In this document: piece by piece, positions 56,707-64,000 of the stretch | Numbering within the stretch: the first letter of the stretch is position 1 | How the letters are laid out: every line of letters begins with the position of its first letter | Origin: an uncultured Gemmatimonadales bacterium | GTDB taxonomy: Bacteria > Gemmatimonadota > Gemmatimonadetes > Longimicrobiales > RSA9 | Direction: 5' to 3' | Length of the DNA stretch: 64,000 bases | Assembly: GCA_963783305.1 (NCBI GenBank) | Contig: CAWAMW010000006.1 | Span: 1-64,000 of the forward strand | The notes under the pieces: model-generated | What the model was told of the DNA's origin: nothing | The model's input: only the letters and a program-made list of their open reading frames with translations | Database searches by the model: none | Translations under genes and position numbers: made by a program

Positions 56707-58911
56707 ATGCTCAAACGTATGCCCCTGTTCCTGCTCGGCTTCCTGATCATCGCCCTTGCTTCGTGCGGCGAGATCGCGGAACCTCCCACCGAAGACCAGC
56801 TCGCCCCTGCGAACGATCTCGCAGCGGCGCTCGCGGCAGCTCCAGGCGGAGAGAAGGTGCGCGTCATCCTGGAGGTCAGGGGCATGGCCTCGGTCCAGGG
56901 TATGGCCGCCACGCTCGGCAGCAGCGCCAACAGCCGCGTGCTCCGGACGTACAACAACTTCCCGCTGCTCGCGATCGAGGTGAACGAAAACGCTCTCGAG
57001 GCGCTTCAGAGGGCCCCCGGCATCGTCTCCGTGACGCCGGACATCGCCTCGCCGCCCGCGCTGGACGCGAGCCTGCCGGTGATCAACGCGGATGACGTCC
57101 ACGCTCTGGGCTGGGACGGCAGCGGCTGGACGGTCGCGATCCTCGACACGGGAATCGACCAGGACCACCCGTTCCTCACGGGCCGGATCGTCTCGCAGGC
57201 CTGCTACTCGACGGAGGACCCGGGCAACAACATATTCTCGCTGTGCCCCGGGAGCGCCACCAGCTCGACGGCCGCCAACGCGGCGGATATCGACACCGCA
57301 CTGTGCAACAACACCGGTAATCTCTGCGACCACGGCACGCACGTGGCCGGTATCGCGGCCGGTGACGGTACGGGTGTGGCCGGTGCCCCCGCAGCGGGCG
57401 TGGCCCCGGGAGCGAACATCATCGCCATCCAGGTCTTCACCCCCAACGATATCCTGACGCGGCTTCAGACCACCGGCGTGCCTATCAACTACGTCAGCGG
57501 CGGCGCCAACGTCACCACCCCCAGGATCGACCTTCTGGCCGCGCTGCAGACCACGGCCGCTCCGCCGGTGCTCACCGCCGACAACGCCACCGTCACCGTC
57601 GACGAGGGCCAGACGGCCACGAACACCGGCACCTTCGCATCCGATGACGGTTCGGTAACCCTGGCCGCCTCCATCGGCAGCGTCGTGGACGCCGGCGGCG
57701 GCGTGTGGTCGTGGAGCTACGCCACCAGCGATGGCCCCGCCCAGAGTCAGACGGTGACCATCACCGGTTCGGACGAGCTCGGACAGGACGGCGACGTCTC
57801 CTTCGACCTGGTCGTGGAGAACGTGGCTCCTACGGTCACCATCGTTGGCGCCCAGTCCATGAGCCTGGACGAGGGCGGTGACCTGCTGGTGACCGGTCAC
57901 TTCACCGATCCGGGCACGCTCGACACCCACACCGCCACCGTCACCTGCCACACCGTCGGCGGGGGACTGGACAAGGCCGGCAGCATCAACATCACGAGCA
58001 CGACGCCGGTCACGGCAGGCACCGTGACCGCCACCTGCCCGTACGGGGATGACAGCGATCCGACTTTCGCCGTGACAGTCACCGTGACGGACAGCGACGG
58101 GGGCGAGGGGTCGGCGTCGTTCGACCTCACGGTGAACAACGTGGATCCGACCGTCGCGATCGACGAGACCGGCACGATCCTGGTCAATGGCACGCCCACC
58201 TTCATCGCCCAGATCGGCGTACCGCTGAGCTTCGATGGCAACGCCACCGATCCCGGCAGTGACGACCTCGAGATGGAGTGGGACTGGGACGACGGCAGCA
58301 CCACGAACACCATGTACCTGGTGAACCCGCCCGCGGCGGATCCGCTGCCGAGCCCGGACGTGGACCCCAGGGACGTGGACGATACCCAGTCGCACACGTG
58401 GACGGACGCGTGCACGTTCGCGGTCTCGCTCACCGCCACGGATGACGACGGCGGAGCGGGGAGTGACGGCGTGAGCGTCGTCATTGCAGGCAACTCCGGC
58501 CAGGCCCGCAGTCAGGGGTATTGGCAGACGGAGTACAGGGGCAAGACGAAGAAGTTCGACAACGCCACCCTGGACTGCTACCTGAGCATTGTCGGCTTCA
58601 TGTCCGCGGTCTTCGACGAGGTAGTGGACGCCTCCACGAAGGAGAAGGCGGCCAAGATCCTGCATCCGGGGGGCAACACCGGGATGGCGGAGCTCCTCGA
58701 CATCCAGCTGCTGGCGGCCTGGCTCAACTTCGCCAACGGCGCCTTTGGCTGGGATGAGCTCGTGGACACCGATGGCGACAAGGTGCCCGACACGGCGTTC
58801 TCCACCGCCATAATGGCGGCCGAGGCCGTCCGGCTGGATCCGTTCGCGACCACAGCCGAGCTCGAGGCGCAGAAGAACATCCTCGAGTGGATCAACCTGA
58901 TGCACGAGTAA
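56707..58911 (+). CDS. S8 subtilase-like lipoprotein with Ig/PKD-like repeats; catalytic Ser region missing
   Basis: Lipobox LASC, propeptide, ILDTGID, HGTHVAGIA; no GTSMA; later NVAPTV, FTDPG..D and W.WDDG repeats. Confidence 0.8.
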   Translation: MLKRMPLFLLGFLIIALASCGEIAEPPTEDQLAPANDLAAALAAAPGGEKVRVILEVRGMASVQGMAATLGSSANSRVLRTYNNFPLLAIEVNENALEALQRAPGIVSVTPDIASPPALDASLPVINADDVHALGWDGSGWTVAILDTGIDQDHPFLTGRIVSQACYSTEDPGNNIFSLCPGSATSSTAANAADIDTALCNNTGNLCDHGTHVAGIAAGDGTGVAGAPAAGVAPGANIIAIQVFTPNDILTRLQTTGVPINYVSGGANVTTPRIDLLAALQTTAAPPVLTADNATVTVDEGQTATNTGTFASDDGSVTLAASIGSVVDAGGGVWSWSYATSDGPAQSQTVTITGSDELGQDGDVSFDLVVENVAPTVTIVGAQSMSLDEGGDLLVTGHFTDPGTLDTHTATVTCHTVGGGLDKAGSINITSTTPVTAGTVTATCPYGDDSDPTFAVTVTVTDSDGGEGSASFDLTVNNVDPTVAIDETGTILVNGTPTFIAQIGVPLSFDGNATDPGSDDLEMEWDWDDGSTTNTMYLVNPPAADPLPSPDVDPRDVDDTQSHTWTDACTFAVSLTATDDDGGAGSDGVSVVIAGNSGQARSQGYWQTEYRGKTKKFDNATLDCYLSIVGFMSAVFDEVVDASTKEKAAKILHPGGNTGMAELLDIQLLAAWLNFANGAFGWDELVDTDGDKVPDTAFSTAIMAAEAVRLDPFATTAELEAQKNILEWINLMHE

Positions 58912-59013
58912 CGCTCCGCTATGGGAGCGAGCGAACACGGTGCACTGGGACCCGGTCCGCTTCGGCGGGCCGGGTTTCCGGCATCGGTATCTCTTGACGC
59001 ACGGGAGCGACCC

Positions 59014-59376
59014 ATGATGCGATCGTCATTGCTGCTGCTTCTGCCCCTGCTGGTCACCGCCTTCACCTGCACCACCGAGCCCACGACCGACAGTCAGGAG
59101 CGCTGCGAGGACCACCCCCTCCACGCCGAGCTCATTGCCGCCGACGGTGCGACGCTCCGCGTCGTCGTCACCCTGGCCCAGGAGAGCGGCGACGATCCGG
59201 CCACCCTCCAGGACCGGCTCCTCGAGGAGCTGAGGGGGAGCCAGCACGAGATCGTGCGCCGGTCCGTCAATTTCCCGATTCTTACCCTCGTGGTGGGGGA
59301 GGACGCGCTGTGCCGCCTGGTGAGCTCGGCGCTGGTGACGTCCATCGAGCGCGACGAGGCCGTCCACACGTCCTGA
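59014..59376 (+). CDS. Small exported protein resembling a subtilase propeptide (I9-like)
   Basis: Signal/lipoprotein-like N-terminus; LRVVV.L..IVRR..NFPIL...V.EDAL..L....V.SI..D aligns with the upstream S8 prodomain. Confidence 0.6.
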   Translation: MMRSSLLLLLPLLVTAFTCTTEPTTDSQERCEDHPLHAELIAADGATLRVVVTLAQESGDDPATLQDRLLEELRGSQHEIVRRSVNFPILTLVVGEDALCRLVSSALVTSIERDEAVHTS

Positions 59377-59404
59377 GCGCCCGGATCCCCGGGGCGCCCC
59401 TGCT

Positions 59405-59821
59405 TCAGGGCGACTTCAGGGCGACGACGTGCACACTGTCCGTGCGGGCGAAGTCGTCGCCCGACGACGGCCGTGTGAGTACGAGAATCCAGGCCGTGCG
59501 ATTGCCGACGCTCAGCTCGGTCGACTCTTCGTAGTCGCCGTCGACGGCCACCGGAGTCGTTTCGCCCCACCGGGACGGCTCATCCCCCGGCCGGGCGGGA
59601 CGGTAGCCCCAGCTCTGGACCTTGAACTCCCCTGGCTGGTTGCCGTGATTGCGGAGGGTGACGTCATACCGGTCGCCATCCCCGAACTCACCCAGGTATG
59701 CGATGGCCTCCACCTGGACACTGGCGGGGACCGGATCGGGGACCGGGTACGTGCCCAGGTCGTCGGAACATGCGCAGAGAGGGGTGAGGGTCAGCCAGAG
59801 GAGAAGGTATGGTCTGGTCAT
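59405..59821 (-). CDS. Lipoprotein, unknown function
   Basis: MTRPYLLLWLTLTPLCAC lipobox-like; GGGAGA RBS. Confidence 0.6.
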   Translation of the reverse strand: MTRPYLLLWLTLTPLCACSDDLGTYPVPDPVPASVQVEAIAYLGEFGDGDRYDVTLRNHGNQPGEFKVQSWGYRPARPGDEPSRWGETTPVAVDGDYEESTELSVGNRTAWILVLTRPSSGDDFARTDSVHVVALKSP

Positions 59822-60016
59822 GGCTCGTCTCCCGTGGAAGGGGTGGGGAGTGGGACGCCTGTGGCGCGGCGCTCTCCAGTATAGCAACCGTGCGATGCCA
59901 AGGCCAAGGCGCGCTGCGAACACGTCCAGCTGCGGCACCTCGGTCAGCATAGGGGGTCGGCGGGTCGAGCGGGGCCACGCTTTCGGCGGCCTCGATCCTT
60001 ACCTATCATCGAATGA

Positions 60017-62275
<2,259 letters not shown>

Positions 62276-62300
62276 CGGCACCGGCCGGTTCCCGGATGAC

Positions 62301-62335
62301 GAAGAGGCGGGCTCCGCAATGGAGCCCGCCTCTTC
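62301..62335. terminator. Terminator hairpin between convergent genes
   Basis: GAAGAGGCGGGCTCC-GCAAT-GGAGCCCGCCTCTTC, perfect 15-bp stem. Confidence 0.8.
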
Positions 62336-62368
62336 TGCGTACGTCGCGGCGTGGCGCCGCTCAGGCGG

Positions 62369-64000
62369 TCAGACGGTTAGTACCGCCAGGACCCGCTCCG
62401 CCTCGGCGCGCAGCCCTGCGGCGGCCGCGGCGGTCAGCTTGCCATCGCGCTCGAACACGTCCAGCTGTGTCAGGAACGTCTCGAGGCGCTTGGCCGCCTG
62501 GTCGCGCCGGCCCTCTTCCAGGTGCTTCGCAGCCTGCCGGAGCTGTGCGCTCAGGGCGTTCTCCGCGGGGGGCGCGATGGCGCCGGCGTCCACGGCCGCG
62601 TCGAACGCGGCGGCGAGGGCGTCGAATCCGCTCTCCATCTGGCCCTCGAGCTCGTCCGGCAGGAGCGACAGCAGGTCGTAGCCGGTGAGGGCCTCGAGCT
62701 CGTCCACCTGGACCTCGTAGGCCTCCCAGTCGCCCTGGATCCCGACCACCGTCCCGGGCACGCCGGGCTCGACCCGGTTCGGCGTAAGGATCGCGATCAC
62801 CTCCAGATCGTCGAGCGTGGCGATGTCGGCCAGCATCTCATCCCGATCCAGGAAGACCGCCACCTTCCACGTCCAGTCCGGGATGGCGACCTTGCCGGCG
62901 TCCTTGAGTGTCGCGGGCGCCTCGCTCCACACTCCGCCCGCAAGCAGGTAGACTTCCTCGCCGCCGAAGGCGCGTCCGTTGGTGTAGTGCTCGAAGTCGC
63001 CCCAGGGGCCGGTGTTGTTGGCGGCGGCCTGCGGCAGGATGTTGGTGGTCATGTACGTCGACGCGTTGTCCGGCAGCGTCACCGTGCGGTTGAACGACTG
63101 CACCATGTGACCGCGGCTGTACCCGCTCCCCGTGAAGTCGTAGTTGACCACCGCGGGCGCGCTGGCCGGGAGCAGCGGGTCCGGCGTGTAGCACTCGCAC
63201 CGGTCCGCCGAGCCGATGTGGCTCTCGTCCAGGTTCCACGCCACCCAGTTCACGCCGGCGTGGGCCGCGCTGTACGACAGGCGGTACTCGTCGCGGGTGA
63301 TCAGGATGTCGTCGCTCGGGTCCGCGTCCACGGGCACGCCGAACTCCGTGTGGTCCTGGAACGCGACGCCACTCGCCGCGTCCGCGATCACGTCCACCGT
63401 CACGTCGGCGGTCGCGTCGAAGCCGGCCGCCGAGACCTCCAGCGTGGCCGTGCCCACACCCGTCGACTTCAGGTTGCCGTACACGTCCACCGTGAACACC
63501 GAGGGATCGGTGCTCTCGAACTCGATCGTCGCCCCGTCCACCGCGTCGTTGTAGTCGTCGCGGACGCTCACGAACAGCGCCCGGTTGTAGCCGACGGGCA
63601 GCCGCACGAACGATGCGCTGACCGACACGCTGGTCGGCTCGCCCGGCGCACCCACGCCCCACGGCGCCAGGACGCCGGCCGCGGCGGTGGCCGGATCGAA
63701 GTCGATGGAGCCCGGAGTGTCGCCGTCGCCGACCGTGAAGATGGCGCTGATCCAGCCGTCATCCGTGCGGACCACGTGCCCCGGCGTGTACGACTGCCCG
63801 CGCCCGAGCCGCGCGTCGCAGTAGATGGGCATGGCGCCCATGTACTCGATGAGCGAGATGCAATCGAGGACGTCGGTCCAGGGCATCACGTCCAGGACCC
63901 CGTCGTCGTCGGTGTCCAGGTCCTGGCCGTCCTCGCCGCGGAAACCGGTCACCAGCAGGAAGGTGGGGTTGTCGTCGTTCTCGAAGTTCAGGTCGGTGGT
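62369..64000 (-). CDS. Extracellular DNA/RNA non-specific endonuclease with Ig-like and C-terminal helical domains (5' end outside window)
   Basis: NWVAW, PDPLLP, SGYSRGHM, TNILPQ...NN.GPW, IP..TWKV; Ig-like repeat upstream. Confidence 0.9.
   Translation of the reverse strand, partial: TTDLNFENDDNPTFLLVTGFRGEDGQDLDTDDDGVLDVMPWTDVLDCISLIEYMGAMPIYCDARLGRGQSYTPGHVVRTDDGWISAIFTVGDGDTPGSIDFDPATAAAGVLAPWGVGAPGEPTSVSVSASFVRLPVGYNRALFVSVRDDYNDAVDGATIEFESTDPSVFTVDVYGNLKSTGVGTATLEVSAAGFDATADVTVDVIADAASGVAFQDHTEFGVPVDADPSDDILITRDEYRLSYSAAHAGVNWVAWNLDESHIGSADRCECYTPDPLLPASAPAVVNYDFTGSGYSRGHMVQSFNRTVTLPDNASTYMTTNILPQAAANNTGPWGDFEHYTNGRAFGGEEVYLLAGGVWSEAPATLKDAGKVAIPDWTWKVAVFLDRDEMLADIATLDDLEVIAILTPNRVEPGVPGTVVGIQGDWEAYEVQVDELEALTGYDLLSLLPDELEGQMESGFDALAAAFDAAVDAGAIAPPAENALSAQLRQAAKHLEEGRRDQAAKRLETFLTQLDVFERDGKLTAAAAAGLRAEAERVLAVLTV

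Noticed and set aside
59884..59900. TGGCA...TTGC upstream of the minus-strand lipoprotein as a sigma54 promoter
   Set aside because: GG to GC spacing is 12, not the required 10
62312..62324. CTCC-GCAAT-GGAG resembling the element's second hairpin
   Set aside because: Part of an ordinary terminator stem; lacks the rest of the element and the GG/AACC flanks

Overview
High-GC bacterial chromosomal segment. Gene content (spmA/spmB plus an S66 peptidase, a PEP-CTERM protein, AsmA, CocE, many lipoproteins) suggests a diderm, plausibly Gemmatimonadota; that assignment is inference only. (1) 1-7.9 kb is a dense, partly decayed toxin-antitoxin/defence mosaic. It holds five intact-looking TA-like pairs, several TA remnants, a broken HIT-HNH gene and two broken copies of one unknown gene. 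Those two copies are interrupted at three places by the same 22-23 bp double-hairpin element, always inserted at GG^AACC. (2) 8-27 kb is metabolic/transport: GH9, a heme-c MCP with a sigma28-like promoter, ATP-grasp, an Fe-S protein, a PEP-CTERM gene with a sigma54-like promoter, tesA-ybbAP, an ABC exporter and ybgA. (3) 27-31 kb is an unknown three-gene envelope operon. (4) 31.5-38 kb is a TetR-linked TolC/HlyD/two-permease exporter with a repeated candidate operator. (5) 40.2-46.0 kb is a coupled CHAT protease / alpha-beta hydrolase / membrane CHAT-TPR operon, the best candidate for an undescribed proteolytic signalling or defence system. (6) 46-64 kb has stress and envelope genes, an S8 protease lacking its catalytic Ser next to a free propeptide-like gene, katG and a secreted non-specific nuclease. 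I saw no rRNA, tRNA, CRISPR array, integrase or transposase. All family calls come from motif recognition by eye, not database searches.
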